Positions 45,196 through 55,317 of a stretch of DNA of 64,000 nucleotides are shown piece after piece. Made by a program: the position numbers and the translations under genes. How positions within the stretch are numbered: the first letter of the stretch is position 1; every line of letters begins with the position of its first letter. Below the pieces are notes generated by a model that was given only the letters and a program-made list of their open reading frames with translations, was not told where the DNA came from and searched no databases. This stretch comes from Candidatus Nomurabacteria bacterium (GTDB taxonomy: Bacteria > Patescibacteriota > Minisyncoccia > Phycocordibacterales > UBA918), in the NCBI GenBank assembly GCA_023898565.1, contig CP060228.1, positions 496,594-560,593 of the forward strand. The letters run 5' to 3'.

Positions 45196-45804
45196 TTAAT
45201 GCGCCAATGCAAGCAGGGTTAGTTTGGTTTGGGTAGGTACATGTGGCAGAAGTGCCTGCTTGGCGGCGAGGAGTGTGGCGCCTGTGGTTGCCACGTCATC
45301 AATAACGACAATATTCTTTGTTTGCAGCGCGGCGAGTTCCCTTGTCTGCACTGCAAACGCGTTATGCACATTTTTCAAGCGCGCGTTGCGGTCGAGAGTC
45401 GATTGGGCGCTGGTGTGTGATGTGCGCCTAAGTACAGAAGAATAGGTGACAGACTGTAGCTGGGCCGCTTTTAGTATCTCAGTGACTTGATTGTAGCCGC
45501 GGGCGCGTTCTCGCTGTCGACTGAGTGGGATGGGTAGGTACACAGTGTCTGCTGGTTGAATCTTGTGCCACGCGTACAGCAGTGCGCCCAAATGCGCCGC
45601 TGCATTCTTATCGTGATGAAACTTATTCTGTGTGATGGCCGCTCGAATGAGTGGGGTGTGGTAGTGGCAGAGACATATTGTGTGAAGAAATGGCGACGGT
45701 CTGTATTCGGCGAGAATGCTCTCAGGACTAGCATTGCGAACCAGCAGCTCTGCCTGACTTGGAGGGAAGAGTAAATCAAGCAGAGCTGTGAGTAACTGTT
45801 CCAT
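45196..45804 (-). CDS. comFC: ComF-family phosphoribosyltransferase-domain protein (competence protein ComFC)
   Basis: PRTase motif IVVIDDVATTGATL and the preceding ComFC-like region (YLPIPLSRQRERARGYNQ). Confidence 0.75.
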   Translation of the reverse strand: MEQLLTALLDLLFPPSQAELLVRNASPESILAEYRPSPFLHTICLCHYHTPLIRAAITQNKFHHDKNAAAHLGALLYAWHKIQPADTVYLPIPLSRQRERARGYNQVTEILKAAQLQSVTYSSVLRRTSHTSAQSTLDRNARLKNVHNAFAVQTRELAALQTKNIVVIDDVATTGATLLAAKQALLPHVPTQTKLTLLALAH

Positions 45805-45854
45805 AATCTAGCAGTATAGCGTACTCGGCGTGATAGAATATCCATACATACTAT

Positions 45855-46946
45855 ATGAGCTTTATTACCAACATTCTTTCATCGCTTCAGTCCAAAGATG
45901 GTTCTGGGAGCAGTGTTGTAGGTATTGATGTCGGGTCTGCGTCAATGAAGGTGGTTGAGCTTGAGGAGCGCAAGGGAGTGGTAACGCTCGTAACATACGG
46001 TGAAGTACAACTTGGTCCATATGCTGGAAAACAACTTGGGGATTCAGTCACGCTTGACGCAAAGCAAGAGCAAGAGGCTTTGGTTGACGTCATTCGCGAG
46101 TCTGCCGTTAAGGCTCGCAACGCAGTTTTTGCCATGCCATTGTCTTCAAGTTTTGTAACCAATGTCAGTATTGACGCAGACGCAGACGCAGATTTAAGTT
46201 CTATGGTTCGTGTCGAAGCACGCAAAGTCATTCCCGCGTCTCTTAGTGAAGTGACACTTGATTGGGCTGAAGTTGAAGTGACCAAGAAAGAGGCCGAGAA
46301 TCATGAGACAGATCGCCGCAATGTTTTAATTGCTGCAATTCAAAATTCTGCCCTTGAGCGTTTTAAAGTGCTCATGCAGTTCGTCGGAATTCAAAACCCA
46401 CCAACAGAGATTGAGTGCTTTAGTTCAATCCGCAGTTTGTATAGTTCGGATGAGTCCGATTTTGCAATCATTGATATTGGTGCCACCTCTGCCAAGTTGT
46501 ACATCACGCGCAAAGGGTTGCTAATGCGCATGTACCGTATTCGCGCTGGTGGGGCTATAGCTACCAAAAAAATCTCAGAAACACTTAACATCAATTTTGA
46601 AACCGCCGAGGAGTTAAAATACATAGCCGACAAACAAGCGAGTAATTTTACCGACATGAAGCGCGCACATAACAGTAGTTACGATCGGGCTTTCCGGGAG
46701 TTCAATCAGGTGTTGCGCGAGTATGAGCAACGTACTGGTGTAAAAATTAGTACCGTCTATCTTTCTGGCGGGGGAGCACTTTTCCCTGGTATTGATGCTC
46801 ACCTCAAGGACGCGCTTAGTCGAGAGGTAATCCTGTCAAATCCATTTGCGCGTGTCGCGTATCCAGCCTTTATGGAAGATACTATGAAAGAGATTGGTCC
46901 ATCGTTTACTGTTGCGGTTGGCGCTGCGCTGCGATCATTTGAGTAG
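45855..46946 (+). CDS. pilM: Type IV pilus assembly protein PilM (actin-like ATPase)
   Basis: VVGIDVGSASMKVVEL... and the FtsA/PilM fold pattern; first gene of the pilus operon. Confidence 0.85.
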   Translation: MSFITNILSSLQSKDGSGSSVVGIDVGSASMKVVELEERKGVVTLVTYGEVQLGPYAGKQLGDSVTLDAKQEQEALVDVIRESAVKARNAVFAMPLSSSFVTNVSIDADADADLSSMVRVEARKVIPASLSEVTLDWAEVEVTKKEAENHETDRRNVLIAAIQNSALERFKVLMQFVGIQNPPTEIECFSSIRSLYSSDESDFAIIDIGATSAKLYITRKGLLMRMYRIRAGGAIATKKISETLNINFETAEELKYIADKQASNFTDMKRAHNSSYDRAFREFNQVLREYEQRTGVKISTVYLSGGGALFPGIDAHLKDALSREVILSNPFARVAYPAFMEDTMKEIGPSFTVAVGAALRSFE

Positions 46947-46999
46947 TGTTTCCACAGCTCTGAACTCTTTTTCTTCTATTTGTACGTATAATTAAAGGT

Positions 47000-47758
47000 A
47001 TGCCAGGTTCTTCTTCCAATAATTCGTTCATTCCTAAGCGTGGTTCCGCGCTTGGTTCCAAGCGTAAGTCTGTCTCTCGGCAGGTGTATGTCTTCACGAT
47101 TATTAGTTACGTCGTGCTTTTTGCTACTTTACTTGCGACTGGGGGTGTCTTTTTGTATGAGAATTATCTTAAGTCTGAACGTGATGCTGTTATCTCGCAA
47201 TTACATAGCGACATAACATCGTTTAGTCGCGCCGATATGGAAGCGTTGCAGCAGTTTGATCGTTATTTGGATCAAGCGTATGGTCGGCTCGACATGAGCG
47301 TCTCGGTATCTTCCATCTTTTCAGCAATTGAAGCGGCAACTATTGATACGGTACGACTCGAAACGCTTGGCTTTGAGAGGGAAAATGACATGGCCTACTT
47401 ACTTACGGCCAGTGTTAAGACTGATTCATTTGACTCAACTATTTTCCAAAGAAAAGTTTTTGAAAACAACGCAATTGTCTCCTCAGTTGTTGTGCGCGAT
47501 GTGCAGGCGGCTTCGGCGAAATCTGATGAATCAGATAATTCTTCAAATGGAGGCGGTAGCAACCCGCGCAGTGAGCGTTTGAGTTTTACTGCTGAGCTCG
47601 GAGTGCCGCTCAGTGCGGTGCCGTATGTCCCAGGCGCCGTGCAGTCGAGTTTTACACCAGCGCCACCAACTGTAGAGCAAACAAAAATTGAAAGCGAGCC
47701 AGCGGGAGTTGAGGTGGGTGACATCTTACAAGGAAATGCTAATGAAACAGAGATATGA
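47000..47758 (+). CDS. PilN-like bitopic membrane protein
   Basis: Single N-terminal TM (YVFTIISYVVLFATLLATGGVFLY) then a periplasmic domain; position and coupling (ATGA overlap with the next gene). Confidence 0.5.
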   Translation: MPGSSSNNSFIPKRGSALGSKRKSVSRQVYVFTIISYVVLFATLLATGGVFLYENYLKSERDAVISQLHSDITSFSRADMEALQQFDRYLDQAYGRLDMSVSVSSIFSAIEAATIDTVRLETLGFERENDMAYLLTASVKTDSFDSTIFQRKVFENNAIVSSVVVRDVQAASAKSDESDNSSNGGGSNPRSERLSFTAELGVPLSAVPYVPGAVQSSFTPAPPTVEQTKIESEPAGVEVGDILQGNANETEI

Positions 47759-48327
47759 TTCCTAAAGGGCTATTTATGCAGATTGGGATGGTGATCGTTT
47801 CAGTTGCGATTGTGTTCACCTATGTTAAACCCCAGTTTACCACCATCGCTGCAATTCAAGATGATATCGCACTTTACCAGCAAAAGCGCGATGAAGTTTT
47901 ATTGGTGAATTCACGTCTTACTGAACTTACTGATCAGGTCGATAGCGTTTCTGAGGTAGACAAAAAGCGTCTACAGACATATCTGCCAGAAACACTAGAT
48001 CCACTCAAAGTTTCGCGCGATTTGCTTTTGGCTACCATTCAGGCTGGGGTTTTATACAAAGACGTTACTTTTGATGGTGAAGAGAGACAGAATAACAAGC
48101 GCCAGTCCACATCAAAATCAGCAGACGAAAACAAGCCAGCTCCGCATTCGTTCACACTACAAGTCGAAGGAACGTACGCTCAAATCAAGGAGCTCTTCCG
48201 TCTGCTAGAGCAGAATAATTACCCGCTCGAAGTACAGACTGCCGATGTAGCACGAGTGGACGGTGGTTTTTTAGGAGCAAATATAACACTAGTAACTTAT
48301 TCATTCGATAATGGGCTAGATATTTAG
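47755..48327 (+). CDS. PilO-like bitopic membrane protein
   Basis: N-terminal TM then a coiled-coil (DDIALYQQKRDEVLLVNSRLTELTDQVD); position in the operon. Confidence 0.5.
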   Translation: MIPKGLFMQIGMVIVSVAIVFTYVKPQFTTIAAIQDDIALYQQKRDEVLLVNSRLTELTDQVDSVSEVDKKRLQTYLPETLDPLKVSRDLLLATIQAGVLYKDVTFDGEERQNNKRQSTSKSADENKPAPHSFTLQVEGTYAQIKELFRLLEQNNYPLEVQTADVARVDGGFLGANITLVTYSFDNGLDI

Positions 48328-48328
48328 T

Positions 48329-48658
48329 ATGGGAAAGACTGCTACAAATTTAGTGATAGTGCTTGGCTTGATTACGGTTGCCTTTGCTGGATTTTATCTG
48401 TATATGCAGCAAGAGAATGCAGATGTTTCGTTTGGTGGCAACAACACGCAAGATGTGCAGGCTATGCTCCGTGATGCACAAGAATATATTAGCTATGGTG
48501 ATACGTTAAAAGCGATTGATTTGAAAGTGGAGTTTTTTGATGATCCACGCCTGCTGTCGTATAAAAGCTTCAGTACACAAGTACAGGACCGTCCGATTGG
48601 TCGACCAAATCCTTTTGCTGATACTACTGTAATTAATCCGGCTGCTATTGATTTCTAA
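48329..48658 (+). CDS. Small single-TM protein in the pilus operon (PilP-like role possible)
   Basis: N-terminal TM LVIVLGLITVAFAGFYLYM; sits between the pilO-like gene and pilB. Confidence 0.35.
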   Translation: MGKTATNLVIVLGLITVAFAGFYLYMQQENADVSFGGNNTQDVQAMLRDAQEYISYGDTLKAIDLKVEFFDDPRLLSYKSFSTQVQDRPIGRPNPFADTTVINPAAIDF

Positions 48659-50519
48659 GCGTATGGATCCACTACAAACACTCAAAGATCAGGGTGCGGT
48701 GGATGCGGAGTTGATAGCTCAAGCTGAACGCATAATTGGTGAAACAGGTAGGCCGTACGACACGGTACTTATTGAACTCGGTCTCGATCGGGCGTTTGTG
48801 CGGAATGCTTTGGCTGAGTTTTATCAGGTGCCGGCGTTTGTGATACCAGAAGGTTTTTCGGTGACACAGCAGGTGCTTGATTACGTATCTGATTCTTCAG
48901 CTGAACACTATCGTGTGGTGCCGCTCATGGTTGAGGATGAAGTGTTGGTGGTAGGAGTCAATGACCCAGACAATCTGCAGATGCGCGAAGCGCTCAACTT
49001 CATTAGTACCAAGAACAATTTGCCATATCGCTTGGTGTACATGCTTGATGAAGACATCACACGTGTGTTGTCTTTTTACTCGAACCTAGAAGGCGACGTT
49101 GGAGATGCACTCGAAACTTTAGAGAGTGAGCTTGATAAAGAAATTGCCGCTAGTCTTGAAGAGTCAGGCGAACAAAGTAAGCAGTCTTTCGAACACATCG
49201 AAGAAGATGCTCCTGTGACCAAAATTGTGGCCACTATTTTGCGCTACGCGGTAGACGGAAGTGCGTCCGATATTCATATTGAGCCAAGCCAAAAGGAGGT
49301 AGGTGTTCGTTTTCGTGTTGATGGTGATTTGGCAAAAAGCCTCACTTTGCCGAAAAACGTACATATGGCAGTGGTGGCACGAGTAAAAATCTTGTCGTCC
49401 ATGCGGCTTGATGAACGTCGCAAACCACAGGACGGTCGTTTCTCAGCCACCTTTGATGACCGCAAGATTGATTTTCGCGTTTCAGTCTTACCAACCAACC
49501 ACGGCGAGAAAGTGGTGATGCGTATTCTCGACACAAGCAAAGGAGTCCGCTCTTTGGCGGAGAGTGGTATTTCTGAAGCCAATCGCGAAATTATCAAACG
49601 AATTGTGCAGGAGCCGTACGGTATTATTCTTATTTCTGGTCCAACAGGTTCTGGTAAGTCAACGACCTTGCGCGGCATGATTCAGGAGCTCGACACACTA
49701 TCAAAAAACGTCATGTCACTGGAAGATCCGGTGGAATACAACATGGACGGTGTGAGTCAGTCACAGGTGCGGCCAGAAATTGGCTACACCTTCGCTAAAG
49801 GTTTGCGTGCTGCACTGCGTCAAGACCCAGACATTATTATGGTGGGTGAGATTCGTGATAAAGAAACGGCGCAGCTGGCCATTCAGGCTGCGCTTACGGG
49901 TCACCTGGTGCTTTCAACCATTCACACCAACAACGCTATAGGTGTGGTGCCGCGTCTTATTGATATGGGGGTTGATCCGTACTTGATCGCACCAACGCTC
50001 AAAATGGCCATCGCGCAAAGGCTTGCACGTACACTGTGTAATGGCACTGGTCGAGAAGAGTCTATAGACGCGGGTACGAAGGGACGAATTGAAAAAGCAT
50101 TTAAAACGTTGCCAACCAAATTCCGCAGTCGCATTCCCGAAAAGCAAACCATGTTACACCCTGAGTCTACAGCAAGTTGTGCCACCGGCTATCGTGGGCG
50201 TACGGCCATTACTGAGGTGCTCGAAATCAACGAAGAGATGCAAGAGCTCATTTTACGCAATGCTTCAGAAGAGGAATTCTTCCAAACTGCGCGTAAGAAT
50301 GGTTTTGTTACGCTGCAAGAAGATGCCATCATCAAAGCGCTCAATCATGAGATTCCCTACGAAGAAATGAATGTCTTCAGTACCAAAATCGGCATGGACA
50401 TTGAGATTGATGAACCATCTGACGCTGTGTACGAAACCTATGACACTGTCGATAACCTGACAGACATTGAGGTGTCAGAAGCTATAATGAGTGATGATGA
50501 AGCTGCTTCTAGTAGATGA
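48648..50519 (+). CDS. pilB: Type IV pilus assembly ATPase PilB (GspE family)
   Basis: N-terminal GSPII_E_N-like domain, Walker A GPTGSGKSTTL, Asp and His boxes. The start may be the track's TTG at 48648 or the ATG at 48663. Confidence 0.9.
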   Translation: MISKRMDPLQTLKDQGAVDAELIAQAERIIGETGRPYDTVLIELGLDRAFVRNALAEFYQVPAFVIPEGFSVTQQVLDYVSDSSAEHYRVVPLMVEDEVLVVGVNDPDNLQMREALNFISTKNNLPYRLVYMLDEDITRVLSFYSNLEGDVGDALETLESELDKEIAASLEESGEQSKQSFEHIEEDAPVTKIVATILRYAVDGSASDIHIEPSQKEVGVRFRVDGDLAKSLTLPKNVHMAVVARVKILSSMRLDERRKPQDGRFSATFDDRKIDFRVSVLPTNHGEKVVMRILDTSKGVRSLAESGISEANREIIKRIVQEPYGIILISGPTGSGKSTTLRGMIQELDTLSKNVMSLEDPVEYNMDGVSQSQVRPEIGYTFAKGLRAALRQDPDIIMVGEIRDKETAQLAIQAALTGHLVLSTIHTNNAIGVVPRLIDMGVDPYLIAPTLKMAIAQRLARTLCNGTGREESIDAGTKGRIEKAFKTLPTKFRSRIPEKQTMLHPESTASCATGYRGRTAITEVLEINEEMQELILRNASEEEFFQTARKNGFVTLQEDAIIKALNHEIPYEEMNVFSTKIGMDIEIDEPSDAVYETYDTVDNLTDIEVSEAIMSDDEAASSR

Positions 50520-50862
50520 TGACGCTTTTTTGCGTGATATGTACGCAAAGAAATTTGCTGACAGTGGGTACGAAGTCGAAGTGGCCGACAGTGGCGCTGC
50601 CGGTCTTTCGAAAATCCGACAACATCCCGATTTTGATATGGTCATTTTAGACATGGTCATGCCAGGCATGTCTGGCGTTGAGTTGATTGAAAATATCAAA
50701 CGAGACTTTCCAGACTTTAAGGCAAAATGCGTCGTGTTATCAAACCAGGGGCAGCCTGAGGATATTAAGGAGGCGGAAGTAGCGGGGGCTGACGGATACA
50801 TTATCAAAGCGGAGGTGGTACCAAGTGATGTGGTGAAAAAAGCGGAGGTACTTTTTAAGTAA
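50491..50862 (+). CDS. Single-domain response regulator (receiver) embedded between pilB and pilT (PilH/PilG-like)
   Basis: KLLLVDDDAFLRDMY...MVILDMVMPGMSGVEL...K; overlaps the pilB 3' end. Confidence 0.8.
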   Translation: MMMKLLLVDDDAFLRDMYAKKFADSGYEVEVADSGAAGLSKIRQHPDFDMVILDMVMPGMSGVELIENIKRDFPDFKAKCVVLSNQGQPEDIKEAEVAGADGYIIKAEVVPSDVVKKAEVLFK

Positions 50863-50868
50863 ATTGTT

Positions 50869-51936
50869 ATGGCTGTAGACTACAAACGAGAACTAAGTGC
50901 ACTCATTGAACTCATTTTGCAAGAACAGGCATCTGACCTGCATCTTTCCGTTGGCTCTCATCCGCTGATTCGTGTGTCGGGCACACTCATTCCGCTACTT
51001 AAGAAGCCAATTCTGACCGACGCAGATGTAAACGCGTTTGCAAAAGTATTGATGCGTGAAGATCAATACAAGCGGTACCTTGAATTTAATGAAATTGACT
51101 TTTCATACGAAAATACTGAAGGCGTTCGTTTTCGTGGCAATGCCTTCTACCAACGTGGGCATATGGGAGTCGCGCTTCGTCTCATTCCTAATGTTATTCG
51201 CGACTTTGATGAGCTTAATTTGCCGCCCATTCTTGAAAGTTTTACACAGCGCTCGCAGGGATTTTTCTTGTGTGTAGGGCCGGTTGGTCAAGGTAAATCG
51301 ACTACGCTAGCAGCGATGGTAAATCGGATTAACAAAGGCCGCGCCGAACACATAGTAACCATTGAAGACCCGATTGAGTATGTGTACCAGGAAGAAAAGT
51401 CACTGATTGATCAGCGTGAGATTGGTATTGATACCGGTAGTTTTGAAAAAGCACTTAGTGCAGCGCTGCGTCAAGATGTGGATGTTATCTTGGTTGGTGA
51501 GATGCGTAATACTGAAACTATTTCTGCGGCAGTAACTGCAGCGGAAACAGGCCACCTGGTCTATTCGACGCTGCATACCAACGATGCTGCTCAAACGATC
51601 AACCGTATCGTTGACTCATTTCCAGCTGGTCAGCAAGATCAGATTCGTGTGCAGCTCGCGGGGTCACTGATTGCGATTTTCTCGCAGCGACTCATTCCGC
51701 ATATTGCTGGTGGCTTGGTGCCGGCCTACGAGCTTCTGATCAACAATACTGCCGTGAGCAACTTGATTCGTGAAAATCGCATCCATGAAATTCCATCGGT
51801 GATCGAGACAGGTCTTGAGCAGGGGATGATTGACATGAATCGCTCACTTGCACGCTTAGTGCAAAATGGTGACATTACGGTTGAGAATGCCTTTACGTAT
51901 TCAGTAAATCCGAAAGGCTTAGAGCGTTTAATCTAA
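50869..51936 (+). CDS. pilT: Twitching motility (pilus retraction) ATPase PilT
   Basis: Walker A GPVGQGKSTTL, Walker B/Asp box DVILVGEMRN, His box and the AIRNLIRE-like motif NLIRENRIHEI. Confidence 0.9.
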   Translation: MAVDYKRELSALIELILQEQASDLHLSVGSHPLIRVSGTLIPLLKKPILTDADVNAFAKVLMREDQYKRYLEFNEIDFSYENTEGVRFRGNAFYQRGHMGVALRLIPNVIRDFDELNLPPILESFTQRSQGFFLCVGPVGQGKSTTLAAMVNRINKGRAEHIVTIEDPIEYVYQEEKSLIDQREIGIDTGSFEKALSAALRQDVDVILVGEMRNTETISAAVTAAETGHLVYSTLHTNDAAQTINRIVDSFPAGQQDQIRVQLAGSLIAIFSQRLIPHIAGGLVPAYELLINNTAVSNLIRENRIHEIPSVIETGLEQGMIDMNRSLARLVQNGDITVENAFTYSVNPKGLERLI

Positions 51937-51949
51937 TTACTATTTTCGT

Positions 51950-53167
51950 ATGCTATTTAACTACAAAGCAGTTGATGGTGCCAATGTGCAACGCGAGGGG
52001 ACCGTCGAGGCGCCGACTATCGACGCGGCAATTTCAGCTGTGCAGAAGCGTGGCTACACACTGGTGTCAATAGATGAGGCGGCAAGCGCTGGCGGTTTGG
52101 GGAGCTTGCTCAATATTGAATTCTCGTTTTTCCAATCAGTTTCAAATAAAGAGATTGTGATTATGTCGCGGCAGATTGCGACGCTCTTTCAAGCGCAGGT
52201 ATCGCCACTCCGTATTTTTAGACTGCTGTCTGCTGAGGTAGAGAATCCACAATTGCAGCTGATTATGAATCGTATTGTGGAAGATCTCCAGGCTGGTAGT
52301 TCAATTTCTCGAGCACTTTCAGCACACCCAGAAGTATTCTCGTCTTTTTATGTCAACTTAGTGCGGTCTGGAGAAGAGTCTGGTTCGCTTGAAAAATCAT
52401 TTGATTACTTGGCTGACTACCTTGATCGCCAGTATGAAGTTATCTCAAAGGCGCGCAATGCGCTGGTGTATCCGGCGTTTGTGGTGGCGATTTTCTTTGC
52501 GGTGATGGGCTTAATGCTTACGTTGGTGATTCCAAATATTGCGAAAATTTTGACAGATTCTGGACAGGAGCTGCCAATCTACACCAAGATTGTGATCGGC
52601 ATTTCTGATTTTCTGGTTAACAACATCGCTTTAATTTTAATTGCTATTGCAGCGGCTGGAGTAGGGTTGTGGCGTTTCTCTAAAACTGATGTTGGTGAGC
52701 GTACGATTGATGAGTTTATTTTGTCAGTGCCGTATCTGGGTGATCTGCAGCGGAAGCTGCTTCTGACGCGTTTGTGTGACAACATGTCGACGATGCTTGG
52801 TAGTGGTATCTCAATTGTGCAGGCACTTGAGGTGACGGCCGATGTGGTAGATAACACTGTGTACCGAGAGATTATCGAGTCTTCACTCACTGAAGTAAAA
52901 GGCGGACGTTCGTTTGCTGATGCGATTGCTGAGTTCCCGGAAATTCCTGGGGTGTTGGCACAGATGTCGAAAGTGGGTGAGGAGACAGGTAGTTTGGGTT
53001 CTATCTTAACGACGCTTTCACACTTTTATCGACGTGAGGTAAACAATGCTGTTGACACACTCATCGGTCTTATTGAGCCAGCGATGATTGTGATGCTTGG
53101 TCTTGGGGTGGGTGTACTTCTCGCGTCGGTTTTGATGCCAATCTACAATATGACGAGTGCGTTTTAG
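51950..53167 (+). CDS. pilC: Type IV pilus inner-membrane platform protein PilC (GspF family)
   Basis: Two GspF repeats each followed by TM helices; 405 aa. Confidence 0.9.
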   Translation: MLFNYKAVDGANVQREGTVEAPTIDAAISAVQKRGYTLVSIDEAASAGGLGSLLNIEFSFFQSVSNKEIVIMSRQIATLFQAQVSPLRIFRLLSAEVENPQLQLIMNRIVEDLQAGSSISRALSAHPEVFSSFYVNLVRSGEESGSLEKSFDYLADYLDRQYEVISKARNALVYPAFVVAIFFAVMGLMLTLVIPNIAKILTDSGQELPIYTKIVIGISDFLVNNIALILIAIAAAGVGLWRFSKTDVGERTIDEFILSVPYLGDLQRKLLLTRLCDNMSTMLGSGISIVQALEVTADVVDNTVYREIIESSLTEVKGGRSFADAIAEFPEIPGVLAQMSKVGEETGSLGSILTTLSHFYRREVNNAVDTLIGLIEPAMIVMLGLGVGVLLASVLMPIYNMTSAF

Positions 53168-53176
53168 TTACAAAAC

Positions 53177-53212
53177 AAAAGGCGCGGCCCTTCGGGCCGC
53201 GCCTTTTGTTTT
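53177..53212 (+). terminator. Intrinsic terminator
   Basis: AAAAGGCGCGGCCCTTCGGGCCGCGCCTTTTGTTTT. Confidence 0.7.
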
Positions 53213-53343
53213 CCCCACCTTTTTATTTCTATACGTCACTAAGTCGTATAATAAAGACAGCCGCGTACAACGTGGGCAAACCTTTTTCAGATACGCAGCT
53301 GATATCTGAAAAGGGGAATTAATGAATAACTCATAATAGATTT

Positions 53344-53823
53344 ATGAAAAAGACACTACAACGAGGTTTCACCCTTATCGAACTCCTCGTCGTGATCGCA
53401 ATTATCGGTATCTTGGCAGCCGTAGTGCTCGCATCACTTAATGATGCACGTGATGGTGGCCAAGACGCTTCAATCAAACAGTCGATTGGTAACGCTCGTT
53501 CACAGGCTGAGTTGATTTACAACCAGAGTGGCTATTCATACGCTTCTGTTTGTACTGCAGGTAATCAGATTGATACTCTGATGCAGGCAGCAGCCGACAA
53601 TCGCGCTGAAACAAACAATGCAAATGTGTTTGCCATTGCTACAGGCGGTGCAGCTGATACTGTTACTTGTCATAGTAACGATGCGGGATATGCTATTAGC
53701 GCTCCGTTAAATATTCCTGCTCCAGGTGGCGCTGATCAACATTGGTGTATTGATTCTACTGGTTTCGTTGGAACTACTACCCCAGCGTTCCCAAATGCAA
53801 ACGAAGTTGATTGTACTTCATAG
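53344..53823 (+). CDS. pilA: Type IV pilin (major pilin candidate)
   Basis: Prepilin leader MKKTLQRG followed by FTLIELLVVIAIIGILAAV, with a C-terminal Cys pair; the gene has its own terminator. Confidence 0.8.
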   Translation: MKKTLQRGFTLIELLVVIAIIGILAAVVLASLNDARDGGQDASIKQSIGNARSQAELIYNQSGYSYASVCTAGNQIDTLMQAAADNRAETNNANVFAIATGGAADTVTCHSNDAGYAISAPLNIPAPGGADQHWCIDSTGFVGTTTPAFPNANEVDCTS

Positions 53824-53843
53824 TAATTGGAGTGCTGTACAAA

Positions 53844-53873
53844 CAAAAAAACACCTTCAGGGTGTTTTTTTGT
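53844..53873 (+). terminator. Intrinsic terminator
   Basis: AAAAAAACACCTTCAGGGTGTTTTTTTG. Confidence 0.65.
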
Positions 53874-53919
53874 TTGTAACAGAGGTGTCCGGGACTAAAT
53901 GTTATGTATAATATTTTTA

Positions 53920-54303
53920 ATGAAAATACTGACCAAAGGATTCACTATTATTGAGCTACTTACAGTCATTGCCATTATTGGTATTTTGGCAGCGATGATT
54001 TTAGCTTCACTCAACGATGCACGCGAGAGTGCTGTCACTGCAAAAATCCAGACTGAAATGGATGCACTCGCGAAGCGAGCTGGCATAGAAAACAATGCGA
54101 GCTTCACCTACGATACGGTTTGTGGCTCTAACGGCTTTGCTACCTCCTCCACGATTGTTGGCTTGATTGCTTCTATTGAAAGTTTGGCCTCTAGTACCGT
54201 GATGTGCAACAGCTCGCCGAGTGCGTACGCGGCTTCGGTAGCCATAGACACAGGCTACTGGTGTATTGATAGTACCGGAGTGCGCAAAGAGATTGGTGCG
54301 TAG
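53920..54303 (+). CDS. Second type IV pilin
   Basis: MKILTKG followed by FTIIELLTVIAIIGILAAM, with a C-terminal Cys pair. Confidence 0.75.
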   Translation: MKILTKGFTIIELLTVIAIIGILAAMILASLNDARESAVTAKIQTEMDALAKRAGIENNASFTYDTVCGSNGFATSSTIVGLIASIESLASSTVMCNSSPSAYAASVAIDTGYWCIDSTGVRKEIGA

Positions 54304-54429
54304 CTCGGGGTGGGTGATGTGGTGTGTCCTCCGTAGGTTGCACAAAACCAAACTATCCGCCGATAGCGAACCATTCCTCAAACTGCTGCCCGTAAGGGCG
54401 GTGAGTCTTTGGTGGATAGTTTGATTGTC

Positions 54430-54471
54430 GACAGACAAAAGGCGCCCGCGAAGCGGGCGCCTCTTGTCTGT
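54430..54471 (+). terminator. Hairpin, possible attenuator, between the second pilin and pilD
   Basis: GACAGACAAAAGGCGCCCGCGAAGCGGGCGCCTCTTGTCTGT. Confidence 0.5.
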
Positions 54472-54483
54472 TATACTTACTTC

Positions 54484-55317
54484 ATGCTGCTTGATGTCAG
54501 TTTTTTCTCCCCAGCTCTACTTGGTGTAGTGGCCTTTGGGTTTGGGGTAATCATCGGTAGTTTTCTCAACGTGTACATCTACCGGTTTCATACCGGTAAG
54601 TCACTGTCAGGGCATTCGCACTGTTTGTCGTGCGCCAGAAAGCTTACGTGGTACGAGCTCTTCCCGCTGGTGTCATACCTTGGCTTGCGCGGTCGCTGTC
54701 GCACGTGCGGCTGCCGGATTCCGGTGCGATACTTTCTGGTAGAGCTTTTGACTGGACTCCTATTTGCACTTTCGATATCAATAACTATCGATGTGTTGCA
54801 GCTGCTGGTGTGGTGGTACATTTTTTCCGTATTGGTAGTGATTACAGTGTATGACTTGTATCACTTTATTATCCCTGATCGATTAACGATATATCTCACC
54901 ATTGCCACGGTCCTTCTCTATGGCTATCGCTGGTGGCAAGGGGTCTTTATGCTTGAGAATGTCTTTATGTACACACTTTCCGCACTTGGCGGAACGGCTT
55001 TCTTTCTATTGCTCTGGGTGGTTTCAAAAGGGCAGTGGCTCGGCTTTGGTGATGTTAAGTTGGCTTTCCCGCTCGGCCTGCTGGTTGGTCCAGCTCATGT
55101 GTTTTCGTTTGTGGTGCTGTCATTTTGGATTGGTGCTGGTGTGAGTCTGCTGCTCTTAGGCGCCGCTAGATTCAGTAGGGGAAAAGCCGGTTTACATGTA
55201 CTAGGTAAAGCCCTTACAATGAAAAGCGCGGTCCCATTTGCTCCCTTTCTCGTGGCCAGCACAGTTGTTATTCTATTTACACATTTCAATGTCTTGGCGC
55301 TCTTTAGTTTTATGTAA
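54484..55317 (+). CDS. pilD: Prepilin peptidase PilD (A24 family aspartic peptidase / N-methyltransferase)
   Basis: N-terminal CLSC...CRTC tetracysteine and multiple TM helices; conserved Asp-containing loops. Confidence 0.8.
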   Translation: MLLDVSFFSPALLGVVAFGFGVIIGSFLNVYIYRFHTGKSLSGHSHCLSCARKLTWYELFPLVSYLGLRGRCRTCGCRIPVRYFLVELLTGLLFALSISITIDVLQLLVWWYIFSVLVVITVYDLYHFIIPDRLTIYLTIATVLLYGYRWWQGVFMLENVFMYTLSALGGTAFFLLLWVVSKGQWLGFGDVKLAFPLGLLVGPAHVFSFVVLSFWIGAGVSLLLLGAARFSRGKAGLHVLGKALTMKSAVPFAPFLVASTVVILFTHFNVLALFSFM